From positions 48,112,001 through 48,176,000 of the forward strand of contig NC_043000.1 in assembly GCF_006345805.1 (NCBI RefSeq): 64,000 nt of DNA, read 5' to 3'. Source of the stretch: Octopus sinensis (lineage: Eukaryota). Under the pieces are notes generated by a model that was given only the letters and a program-made list of their open reading frames with translations, had not been told where the DNA came from and made no database searches. The position numbers were made by a program, and so were the translations under genes. Below are positions 52,456 to 64,000 of this stretch, in pieces. The stretch's first letter is position 1; every line of letters begins with the position of its first letter.

Positions 52456-52673
52456 AAGGCAGCAAACTGGAAGAACAATTAGCATGCCGGATGAAATGCT
52501 TAGCCGTATTTTGTCTGTCTTTATGTTCTGAGTTCAAATTCTGCCGAGGTCGACTTTGCCTTTCATCCTTTCGAGAGCGATAAATTAAGTGCCAGTCGCA
52601 TACTGGGGTTGATCTAATTGACTAGCCTCCTCCCCAAAACTTGCACTTATAGCAGAAAGTATTATTATTATTG

Positions 52674-52716
<43 letters not shown>

Positions 52717-53065
52717 CAATATTATTCCACTTCCATCCTTTTGGAGTTGATAAATTAAGTACCGGTTGAGTTGTGGAGGTTGATGTCATTGACTAGTACC
52801 CTCCCCTAAAATTTCAGGCCTTTTGCCTTTAATAGTAAGGATCATCGTTATTATTAAGGTGACAGGCTGTCAGAATTTTTAACTTGATAGACAAAATGCT
52901 TAGCAGTATTTCCTTTAACTCTTTACATTCTGAGCTCCAACTTAGCTGAGCTCAACTTTGCATTTTGACCTTTCTAGATTGATAAAATAAGTACCAGTTC
53001 AACACTGTGGTTGATGTAACCAACGAACCCCTTCTCCCAAAACTTCAGGCCTTTTGCCTGTATCA
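52456..53065 (+). mobile_element. Three head-to-tail SINE family B copies
   Basis: Cores at about 52550, 52740 and 52960, with (ATT)n-type runs between them. Confidence 0.8.
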
Positions 53066-53164
53066 GAAATTATTATTATTTTTGCATTTGGAAAATAACA
53101 TTTTCTTGTGTGAATATATAACTGAAGAGGCTTCATTTAATTATGAGCACTGGTGGTTACAGAC

Positions 53165-53470
53165 AAATTTTTATCAAACAGATTGTGATGGTATATGACC
53201 AAGTTTTTAGGGTGCAGCACACACAATAGCAAGGTCATAGTTTCAATTCCCAGCCTGGGCAATGTATTGTGTTCTTGAGCAAAAAACTTCATCTCATGTA
53301 GCTCTGTGATCATTTCAACATGTGACATGTGGCATACGATGCACCTGTACAATCAATGCCAGTTTGATGGCGGAAGTGAGCTAATGTGCAGCACAACCAT
53401 TTGCTTGCTATAAGCAAATCATCCATGCAGGTTATTCAACAAGAAATTGCAGAACTGTCTTTCTCGGACT
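53165..53470 (+). mobile_element. Degraded tRNA-derived SINE (CORE-like GGGCAATGTATTGTGTTCTTGAGCAAAAAAC)
   Basis: Degenerate tRNA head followed by CORE-like motif. Confidence 0.5.
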
Positions 53471-54042
53471 CGAGAGACCACCATTATCAAAAAGATAGTT
53501 TCTTTTTTTCTTGTCAAGATTGGAAAAATGGCTGGTGAAATAAATTAGAAATGAGGAAACAGAATGGTTGGCGCTAAATGGAATGGAACTCAGAGTGCTA
53601 TGATGCTAAAGTAGCTATTATAAAGCATACCGCGTTTATCAGAGGATTTTTTAATCTTTTTTTTGTTCGTTTTTTTTCTTCTTTTTTTTTATTTGTTGGT
53701 GGGGTGGCTTTGTATAGCTTTGGTGGCTTTCATGTATTCTTTCTGTATTTTTTTCCTGTGAAGATAATTACCTAATACACTGGTTATGATGGAATATGAG
53801 TGTGAATGTGTGTGTGTATGTGTGTACATAGGGGAGGGTTTGTGTGTGTGCATGCATGTTTATGTGCACGTTGTACAGAAATTAAATCCAGAAAGGCGCA
53901 GAAAAGATTATTCCAGCTGCACAGCATTCAATAACTTATGCAAGTCTTTTCCCTTATCAAAGCACAGATATGAATAGTAATATTTTGTTTTCTCTTCAAT
54001 CTCTCTCTCTCATTCTCTCTCTCTCACTCACTCTTTTTTCCC

Positions 54043-54094
<52 letters not shown>

Positions 54095-56007
54095 TATATG
54101 CATATGTTATTTGTGCATAAATGCACATATACATACAACAACAATAACACACACATATACATATGTATATATTTGCATTTATAAATATGAATACACACAC
54201 ATATATATTTCTGCTATTATCAATGTTGAGAAATCACACATGTAATTCTTAAATAAATATGTTTTTTCTATTATGTTATTTTATATGTCCAAAAGGGAGG
54301 ATTTCAATCAGATAAAAAAAATGTGGGGAGAGGGGCAAGATAAAAGGAAAACAGAAGAGCTAATATAAGTAGAAAATAATCTCTAGATGTTGGATTTATA
54401 GTATTGTATTAAATGGATTCCAAACAGGAAAACTGAATGCTACAGGGAAAAGATATTATTTGTAATTATTGACTATGTGGTGAGGTGTTTAGATTAATAT
54501 CTATGCTTATTTGCACAATGAAAGATGGTGAAAAGAAACCGAAATATAACTTGAGCTATGGGAGTATAAGATCAAGAAAGTATTTATGATAAAACTTCTT
54601 TTTTTTTTTAATTACATTCAACTCAGATTTGATTATTATGAGAACAACGTTAATATCTTTCTTAGTATTATATTTGCTGGGAATTTGTATTCTTATAAGT
54701 TTTCTAGTTCTAGGCAACTGTGAAGAGTGTTTTGTACATTTTGATGCATGAGGTTTTATAAAATTGTACAAACTTCAACAACAGCACCAAGATTTACAAT
54801 AAATTCCATTTCCAGTCGTGTTTATTAGAATTTTATAATTACAAAATCCTTCAAATTTTCATTCATTAATATTTTCTTTTCACTTCATTTCTTTCTTAGA
54901 TGATCAACTTTTTCTTCTTTCTTTCTTTCTGTTGTTGTTGTTGTTGATATGCACAGAAATTCACGTGACATCTCAAAGATAGTTTCCCCATGAATTTTAA
55001 TTAATATCTTCTTTGTAAAATTTTCCACAACTAAATTGTCAGGGGAATATTGCTGTAATGACCATAATTATCATTTCTTAAATACAACATTGATTTCAGT
55101 GTTTTTCTGCAAGAATACTGAACAATGTTTGCAGCATAACGATATGAGAATTCCGAGTCTCTAACTGTTTCCACAATTGTAAGCCAAACATTAATAATGC
55201 TGTTCAGGAATAGCTTTACATTAAGGAATGGTAATGATATGAATAATATTCAGAAATTGTACAGTGGGTATGGGTATTAACAATGCTATTACATAGCAGT
55301 GAAACAGATGCTATTTTTATCATTTAGAATGTCTCATTAATAACTCCATCTTTTCTAAATGAACAAAAATGCGAAAGGAAGACGCATGTGTAAGTCTATA
55401 AATGCATAATGAATATATTAGATGTAACTAGATTGGTAATACATTTTCTATACATCAACATTGTTATTCTGGTTGAATATGAAATCATACATGAACAAGC
55501 ACGAAACAGTGAAAAATGATAAGGATGTTAGAAATGTTTTCTGCTTTGTTACTGTTTTGGTTATTAGTTTCTAATATATAGTTTTGCTAATCTAGTATTT
55601 ATTACTTATTCATTTGCTAAGAAATTGAATAGCTTGTATTTATGTAAACAAAATACTTATGCATATGAGCATGTTAAAAACACAATCTCATGTACAAACA
55701 AGAATGTTCATTTTTAAAAAAATAAATATCTATATATATATATGAGTAATTTAATTTTCAAAAATTTATTTTTATAACCTTCAAAGTTTCTTCACAACAT
55801 TTTCTTATTTTTGCCAACATTTATTGCTAATATTGGAAATTTAAAAAATTGAAAGTTGACTTTTGGAGAGAAAAAAAAATCATAGAATCTGTTTAAATCT
55901 ATTTAAAAATTTTTGGAAATCATTTTTCACTAGTCCTAACTGCTAGTGTTCTTATAATGAATTCTCTAAAGAACTGAGTTAAGCAGCAAAGTAAATATAT
56001 TCAATTT

Positions 56008-56412
56008 ATTATTATTATCATTATTATTGTTCAGTAGTTTTATTTTTATAGCGTGCTTTCATTTCACTACCGAGCGCAGCTCTGTGTGCCTTAGGTATGT
56101 GCTGTGATTTGTTGTGATGCTCTGATGGTTATTGTATGGAAAGTGTTCTGCGTAGGATGTGTGCAGTGCCTAGTAGTGCAATTTTCTGTATGTTATATGT
56201 GTTTGTAAGTCCTGGTGTTTTTGTTATGTATTTGTCTGAATATTTTTTATCATGCCTAATGCATCTACTATGATAGGAATTGTTTCTGTTTTTAGATTCC
56301 ACATTCTGGTTACCTCTATTTCCAGATCTTTGTATTTTGAAAGTTTCTCCATTTCTTTTAGAGACACGTTGTCATCTGCCGGTATTGATACATCAATTAG
56401 AAAGCATTTTTT
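56008..56412 (-). mobile_element. R4/Dong-like RLE non-LTR 3' end
   Basis: KKCFLIDVSIPADDNVSLKEMEKLSKYKDLEIEVTRMWNLKTETIPIIVDALG.../IQKIALLGTAHILRRTLSIQ* (stop 56129-31), UTR, (AAT)n tail. Confidence 0.88.
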
Positions 56413-56451
56413 TTCTTCATGATCATTATTATTATCATTATTATTATTATT

Positions 56452-57800
56452 GAGTTGGTGAGCCGGCAGAATCAGTAGCATGCTGAACAAAATACTTAGC
56501 AGCATTTTTTCCTTTGCATTCTAAGCTCAAATTCTGCCAAGGTCGACTTTACCTTTCATCCTATCAGGGCCAAAAAAAGAACAGTACCAGTTGAAAACAC
56601 TGGTTGATCTAATCGACTTACTTCTACCCTTGAAATCGCAGGCCTTATGCCTAAATTTGAAAGTATCATCATCATCATCATCATCATTATGAGTTCTTGT
56701 TGTTGTTATTATTAAGGTGGTGAACTGGTAGAAGTGTTACTGTGCAAGGCAAAATACTTAGCTGTACACAGAGTTTGAATGCTGTCAAGGCTTACTTTGC
56801 CTTTCGTCCACTAATCAGCTCTGGCTAATCGTTGAGAGGGACGTTGGTGTTGCCTTGGTGGAGGTTTGCACTCTCTGAGTGCTCTTATTATTATTATTAT
56901 TAGGTGGAGAGCTGGCAGAACCGTCAGCATGCTGGGCAAAATGCTTTGTGGTATTTCATCTATCTTTACATTCTGAGTTCGAATTTCGTTGAGGTTGACT
57001 TTGCTTTTCATCTTTTCAGGGTTGATAAATTAAATACCAGTTACACACTGGAGTCGATGTGATTGGCTCAGCCTCTGCCCAAAATTTTGTGCCTATTGTA
57101 GAAAGGATTATTATTATTATTATTAATTGCACTGAGGTCGACTTTGCCTTTCATCCTTGCAGGGTCGATAAATTAAGTACCAGTTGCGTACTGAGGTAGA
57201 TCTAATTGACTGGCCCTGCTCCCCAAATTTCAGGCCTTGTGCCTAGATCAGAAAAGAAGGTGGCGAGCTGGCAGAAAGGTTAGCACACCGGGTAAAATGC
57301 TTAGCAGTATTTCGTCTGTCTTTACTTTCTGAGTTCAAATTCCGCCGAGGTTGACTTTGCCTTTCGTCCTTTCAAGGTCAATAAATCAAGTACCAGTTGC
57401 ATACAGGGGCCTTCTCCACTAAAATTTCGGGCCTTGTGCCTAGAGTAGAAAAGGATATATTCGGCTGTACTGAAGTTGACTTTGCCGCTCATCCTTTTGG
57501 GGCCGATAAAACAAGTACAGATTGAATACCGGGGTTGATGGAATCAACTCATCCCCTCCCCAAAATGACTGCCCTTGTGGCAAAATTTGAAGCCATTATT
57601 GCTATTATCATTATTATTATCACTGAGCTGGTGAGCTAGCAGAATCAGTTGTTTATGTTTCAAGTTCAAATCTCACGAAAATCGCTTTTGTCTTTCACCC
57701 TCCTGGAGGTTGATATAGCAAAGAACTAGTCGAGCTCTGGCACCAAAGTAATCAACTTAGCCCCTCCTCTCAAAATTACTGACCTTGGACCAAAATTGGA
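56452..57800 (+). mobile_element. Array of seven same-strand SINE family B copies (full and truncated)
   Basis: Units start at about 56452, 56714, 56901, 57129, 57258, 57465, 57625. Confidence 0.85.
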
Positions 57801-57879
57801 AAGAATTATTTTTATTCAATTTCCTGCTGCACTTGTACCAGGGCAGCATGGTATATGCATTCATGTTGGTGTCACATAA

Positions 57880-58065
57880 AATGCACTCATCCTGTGGCAT
57901 GTAAAAAAGTATCCAGCACACTCTGTAAAGTGGTTGGCATTTGGAAAGGTCATCACTCATAGAAACCATACCAAAAGAGACAATTGTAGTCTGGACAGCT
58001 TTATCAAACCATCCCACCCATACTAGCATGAAAAATGGACATTAAGAAATGATGATGATGATGAT
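57880..58065 (+). mobile_element. Family C 3' end with (GAT)n tail
   Basis: GTGGCATGTAAAAAAG...CCCATACTAGCATGAAAAATGGACATTAAGAAATGATGATG. Confidence 0.7.
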
Positions 58066-58120
58066 AATGGTGATAGTAGTAATAAAAGTCTTCCCTATAA
58101 CATGTAGTAAAAGTATAGAT

Positions 58121-58520
58121 AGGCGCAGGAGTGGCTGTGTGGTAAGTAGCTTGTTTACCAACCACATGGTTCTGGGTTCAGTCCCACTACGTGGCACCTT
58201 GGGCAAGTGTCTTCTACTATAGCTTCGGGCCGACCAAAGCCTTGTGAGTGGGTTTGGTAAACGGAAACTGAAAGAAGTCCATTGTATATATGTATATATA
58301 TGTATGTGTGTGTATATGTTTGTATGTCTGTGTTTGTCCCCCCAACATCTCTTGATAACAGATGCTGGTGTGTTTACATACCCGTAACTTAGTGGTTCGG
58401 CAAAAGTGACCGATAGAATAAGTAATAAGCTTACAAAGAATAATTTCTGGGGTCGATTTGCTCAACTAAAGGTGGTGCTCCAGCATGGCCACAGTCAAAT
58501 GACTGAAACAAGTAAAAAAA
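58121..58520 (+). mobile_element. Full-length SINE family A
   Basis: Aligns end to end with 28169-28564. Confidence 0.9.
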
Positions 58521-58617
58521 AAAAAGCAAAAGGAAAAGAAAAGATGCTAAAATAGAGCAGCCTTTGTATAAGTTGATATATAAATGTGTTTCTCAGTATG
58601 CATGAAAAGCATGTTGT

Positions 58618-59085
58618 ATGTTGACTAGAAAGGGTATGGCCTGGTCAGCCTGTAATGACATGCATAAGATCTGGTCATCAAATCTAAGTAGAGACTTCAA
58701 ACTTGAAATATTCAAAGCCACAGTCGAACCAATTCTACTATATGGCTCAGAAACCTGGACGTTATCAAAGAAGCTTGAGAGGCGGTTGGATGGAACCTAC
58801 ACTCGCCTCCTTATGAGAGCTCAAAATCTCTCATGGAAGCGCCATCCAACCAAAATGCAAATATATGGGAAACTACCACCTGTGTCATCTCTTGTGAAAG
58901 GTAGGAGAGTCCAGTTTGCTGGACATTGTTGTAGAGCTGAAAAAGAAGTAATTCTACTCTTCTCCTCTGGAAGCCATCTACTCGCAATACCAGAGGGCGT
59001 ACACTCTCCTACCCTGATGTAATCTCCAGGGATACAGGCATCCAGCAACAGGACCTCCATAATGCCATGATGGACCATGGCCATC
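58618..59085 (+). pseudogene. RTE-clade LINE ORF C-terminal fragment
   Basis: AWSACNDMHKIWSS...KATVEPILLYGSETWTLSKKLERRLDGTYTRLLMRAQNLSWKRHPT...RRVQFAGHC; frameshift near 58965. Confidence 0.88.
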
Positions 59086-59570
59086 AAGTCATTTTAATTG
59101 TCAGGCATGATAATTTCCAATGTGTGGTTTCTCGTTTAAGAATTCGAGGTATAGCATGAAGGATATTTTGCTTCTCATTTCCAACAATCAAGTGAATGTA
59201 GAGAGACAAGATAAACAACATATTTCAATGAATGATTTCATATCAGGAATCTTGCACAACAATTGCAAAAATTATATATATATGCGTGTGTGTGTATGTG
59301 TGTGCATGCATGCATGTGTGTGTACATGCACGTGCATGTGTGTGTACATGCATGTGTACATATGCATATATATGTAAGTATATATGTATGTATACATATA
59401 TACATACATTTATATATATATATTTATATAGTTATGTATATATCTTTATCTATGTATATATATATATATCAACAAATATATATATGTATGTCTATACATG
59501 TATGTATGTATAGGTATGTATGCATGTATATATGTATATATGTGCTTGTGTGTGCATATATATATATATA

Positions 59571-60318
59571 TGATCATCATTTAATGGCCATTTTAGCAAC
59601 ATATTCAAGATTATTGTGCAGTGATTTATACAGATTAGTATTCTTAGCTTGGTTATCATCACAGCATTTTAGCTGGTGTGCCCTCTAGCCTTCTGTAAGT
59701 GCTTGTCATATTCAATAATATTCTTAGAGTTTTGAACTAAACCCTTCATTCAAGCCATTTTCTCATTCTATTGTCCATATCCAGGAAATTCTCATAGCTG
59801 TTATTTTCCTATTTGATACGAAACTTTTATGTTCTGTTTAAACCAGAGTGCAAATCTCACTCAGCTTGTGTCGCAACTTATGACCACCAGGTAAACTACA
59901 GCATATCATACTTGACATTTAATCAATGCTTATTTCGCTATGCTACACTCCTGGAAGACAACAGCGGTTAGAAAAGTGTGACTCTAACAATGGAGATAAG
60001 GATAATAATCCACATAAGTCCGTATAAATCCACCTCGCTTCATGGTTAAGAAGCTTGCTTAGAAAGTGCAAGGTTCTGAGATCAGTCCTGCTGAGCAGCA
60101 CCTTAGACAAGTGTCTTCTACAACAGCTCTGATCCAACCAATGCCTTTTGAATGAATCTGGTCAATTAAAACAGTGTGGAATTCTGTCATATGTATATAT
60201 ATATGCACACACACACACATATATATATATATACTTACATACACACATATATATGTACATATATGTATATATATGCATATATATATATATATTTATATAG
60301 TTATGTATATATCTTATC

Positions 60319-60362
<44 letters not shown>

Positions 60363-61055
60363 GTTATGTATATATCTTATCTATGTATATATATATGCAC
60401 ATACACACACACATATATATATATATGATCATCATTTAATGGCCATTTTAGCAACATATTCAAGATTATTGTGCAGTGATTTATACAGATTAGTATTCTT
60501 AGCTTGGTTATCATCACAGCATTTTAGCTGGTGTGCCCTCTAGCCTTCTGTAAGTGCTTGTCATATTCAATAATATTCTTAGAGTTTTGAACTAAACCCT
60601 TCATTCAAGCCATTTTCTCATTCTATTGTCCATATCCAGGAAATTCTCATAGCTGTTATTTTCCTATTTGATACGAAACTTTTATGTTCTGTTTAAACCA
60701 GAGTGCAAATCTCACTCAGCTTGTGTCGCAACTTATGACCACCAGGTAAACTACAGCATATCATACTTGACATTTAATCAATGCTTATTTCGCTATGCTA
60801 CACTCCTGGAAGACAACAGCGGTTAGAAAAGTGTGACTCTAACAATGGAGATAAGGATAATAATCCACATAAGTCCGTATAAATCCACCTCGCTTCATGG
60901 TTAAGAAGCTTGCTTAGAAAGTGCAAGGTTCTGAGATCAGTCCTGCTGAGCAGCACCTTAGACAAGTGTCTTCTACAACAGCTCTGATCCAACCAATGCC
61001 TTTTGAATGAATCTGGTCAATTAAAACAGTGTGGAATTCTGTCATATGTATATAT
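59571..61055 (+). repeat. Direct duplication, 630 bp, offset 855 (59571-60200 = 60426-61055)
   Basis: No differences seen by eye. Confidence 0.92.
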
Positions 61056-61169
61056 ATATATATCAACAAATATATATATGTATGTCTATACATGTATGTA
61101 TGTATAGGTATGTATGCATGTATATATGTATATATGTGCTTGTGTGTGCATATATATATATATTATGTG

Positions 61170-61376
61170 TGAGTACATATATATGTGTGTGTATATATGT
61201 ATATCATTGTTTCAATGATTGCATGGGTAAGACAGAATTTGGTAAAGCAGATTTTCTTTACAGCTGAATGCCCTTCGTGTTGCTAACTTATCACTCGATG
61301 ATAACTATCATGCAATGTCAAGTCAAGGAGACACAAAATCGCACACACACACAAACACAGATATATATATACATAA

Positions 61377-61434
<58 letters not shown>

Positions 61435-62240
61435 AGTACATATATATGTGTGTGAGTACATATATATGTGTGTGAGTACATATATATGTGTGTGAGTACA
61501 TATATATGTGTGTGAGTACATATATATGTGTGTGAGTACATATATATGTGTGTGAGTACATATATATGTGTGTGAGTACATATATATGTGTGTGAGTACA
61601 TATATATGTGTGTGAGTACATATATATGTGTGTGAGTACATATATATGTGTGTGAGTACATATATATGTGTGTGAGTACATATATATGTGTGTGAGTACA
61701 TATATATGTGTGTGAGTACATATATATGTGTGTGAGTACATATATATGTGTGTGAGTACATATATATGTGTGTGAGTACATATATATGTGTGTGAGTACA
61801 TATATATGTGTGTGAGTACATATATATGTGTGTGAGTACATATATATGTGTGTGAGTACATATATATGTGTGTGAGTACATATATATGTGTGTGAGTACA
61901 TATATATGTGTGTGAGTACATATATATGTGTGTGAGTACATATATATGTGTGTGAGTACATATATATGTGTGTGAGTACATATATATGTGTGTGAGTACA
62001 TATATATGTATGTGTGAGTACATATATATGTGTGTGAGTACATATATATGTGTGTGTATATATGTATATCATTGTTTCAATGATTGCATGGGTAAGACAG
62101 AATTTGGTAAAGCAGATTTTCTTTACAGCTGAATGCCCTTCGTGTTGCTAACTTATCACTCGATGATAACTATCATGCAATGTCAAGTCAAGGAGACACA
62201 AAATCGCACACACACACAAACACAGATATATATATACATA
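61170..62240 (+). repeat. Direct duplication, ~205 bp, offset 865 (61170-61375 = 62035-62240)
   Basis: No differences seen by eye. Confidence 0.9.
61430..62050. repeat. Near-perfect 20-bp tandem array (GTGTGAGTACATATATATGT) x ~31
   Basis: Direct read; variant units only at the ends. Confidence 0.95.
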
Positions 62241-62492
62241 CATACATACATATATATATATATGTGTGTTCCTTTCAGCCATGCAGCTGATATATATATA
62301 TATACATAAATATATATATATATACTTACATACACACATATATATACACATATATATATACACATATATATATATATATATGTATGTTTGTATATAATTA
62401 TATATACCCAAAAATATCTTAAAATACTAATGAGTAAATTTATTCAATGAAATCGCTATTGGCGTAAAAAAAATTGGCTTTCTGACAACTTG

Positions 62493-62812
62493 GGAGTTGA
62501 TCTCTCACGCAACTGCACGCTGGATGTTGTTAGGGGTGATGTCATGGTAATTGTCTGACAGCCATGACTGGGTTCTTCTGTTTGTGTGGTGTGGTGCTGA
62601 GACCTATTGCCAGACATTGGGTCTTCCAGTAGCCATCCTTTTGACCCAGGGCAGCACTACCTCCTCCCGACAATTGATGTATACCTCCATGTTGAGTCTG
62701 CGGCTGTCTGGTAAGATGAAAGGAGGCATAACGTCGTCATCACTAGTGATCACTCCAAACACCATGATGTTGACTGGATGTTTCTTTTTTAATAATCTTG
62801 GTACATGGCGTT
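62493..62812 (-). pseudogene. maT/DD37D-like (Tc1/mariner) transposase fragment
   Basis: KHPVNIMVFGVITSDDDVMPPF...EEVVLPWVKR..GRPNVWQ*VSAPHHTNRRTQSWLSDN..ITPN; the WPPNSPD.NP.DY block is missing. Confidence 0.8.
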
Positions 62813-63092
62813 AGATTGCAATGTCCTCAGATTGACACCCAAATACTCTGAAATGTTCATACTGGAGATTCCAGTGTGAATGCCAAACAGTAAAGCATGT
62901 CATTTCCAAATTTCTGGCACAGTGAATTACATTACGGTGCGGTTTTCTCACAGAGAGTGCCCAGCTGATCCTACTATACTGTGTAGTCAACAAAATCAAA
63001 AACAAACAATGCGCATGCATGAAGAAAAGATATAAAATGGTGACAATTTACCCTTCACACCCTGTATATATATATATATATATAATATTTTT

Positions 63093-63404
63093 GCTGGTGG
63101 CACGTTAAAAGTACTACCTGAACGTTCCAGTGCCCCATGACTGGCTACTGTATTAGTGGCACACAAAAAGCACTACCTGAATGTGATTGATACCTAGCCT
63201 GCTTGACTAGCTTCTGTGCTGGTGGCATGTAAAAAAGCACCCACTACACTATCAGTGTGGTTGGCATTAGGAAGGGCATCAAGCTGTAGAAACATTGCCA
63301 GATCAGATTGGAGATTGGTACAGCTGCAGGCTCTTCAGACCTCAGGAAAACTGTCCAACCCATGCCAGCATGGAAAACAGACACTACACGATGATGATGA
63401 TGAT
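63093..63404 (+). mobile_element. Family C 3' UTR with GTGGCAC..AAAAGCAC subrepeats and (GAT)n tail
   Basis: Aligns with 17487 and reverse complement of 42215. Confidence 0.8.
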
Positions 63405-63408
63405 AAAT

Positions 63409-63448
<40 letters not shown>

Positions 63449-64000
63449 CTTAGCATTTAAATATATATATATATATATATGTATCTTAGCATTTAAATAT
63501 ATATATATTTATATGGATATATGATCAAGCACACACATATATACATGCACATGTGCAGAAATACATATATGCACACACTTAGACACACACACACACAGAA
63601 GACATACATGCATATATAACATTGCGCAAGCAAGTTGTTGCATCAAACTTCATTGCAAATAAGGCCTTGCAGGTGAATCATTTCATGTGAGCTTTAACAT
63701 CTGTTTGTTCTTTCTTCATTGAAACTCATATATAAACTTAGTCTCAATTATGTTTTATTGAATATTGTTTCTCTATGTTAAATACTAAAATATAATCATA
63801 ATGCAGTTCACTAGAAGCAATAATGCTGAATATCTAACTATACCTTCTCAAGAAATAATTGAATGACAAATTTCCTTTTGATAATGATACCTGTCTTAAA
63901 GCAGTAACTTTCCCCAAAAAGACATATGTTTATTCTCTTGCTAGAAAAACAAATGATGGAATAGACATGAGCATCTTTGCTATAAATATATTAACCCTTT

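Noticed and set aside
61430-62050. CRISPR-like regular array
   Set aside because: Identical contiguous units with no spacers, in a eukaryotic context.
61283-62072. Long ORFs (213-249 aa) and the many other YI/HT/CV-rich ORFs in the track
   Set aside because: Translations of microsatellites and the 20-bp array; stop-free only because of repeat composition.

Overview
AT-rich eukaryotic genomic DNA dominated by transposable-element remnants, SINEs and micro/minisatellites. The repeat families resemble those of octopus/coleoid cephalopods (inference from recalled repeat sequences, not a database search). No intact host gene can be supported: most long ORFs in the track are translations of (TA)n/(CA)n microsatellites, and the protein-like ones are TE fragments. 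These fragments are a 5'-truncated, frameshifted Penelope-like element (RT + GIY-YIG, 7439-9260), two more PLE endonuclease remnants, Tc1, mariner and maT(DD37D)-like transposase fragments, an RTE LINE fragment and four RLE-type (HERO-like and R4/Dong-like) C-terminal fragments. The strongest unexplained signal is seven hammerhead-ribozyme-like motifs in four unrelated element families, plus one degenerate candidate. One family links a Penelope GIY-YIG ORF end directly to a tRNA-like Pol III A/B-box head and a minimal hammerhead (21907-22387). It recurs with an inverted 3' arm at 12043-12423. Other notable structures are two long near-perfect inverted repeats, head-to-tail SINE arrays, and near-identical ~860-bp-offset duplications around a perfect 20-bp array at 59.4-62.2 kb.
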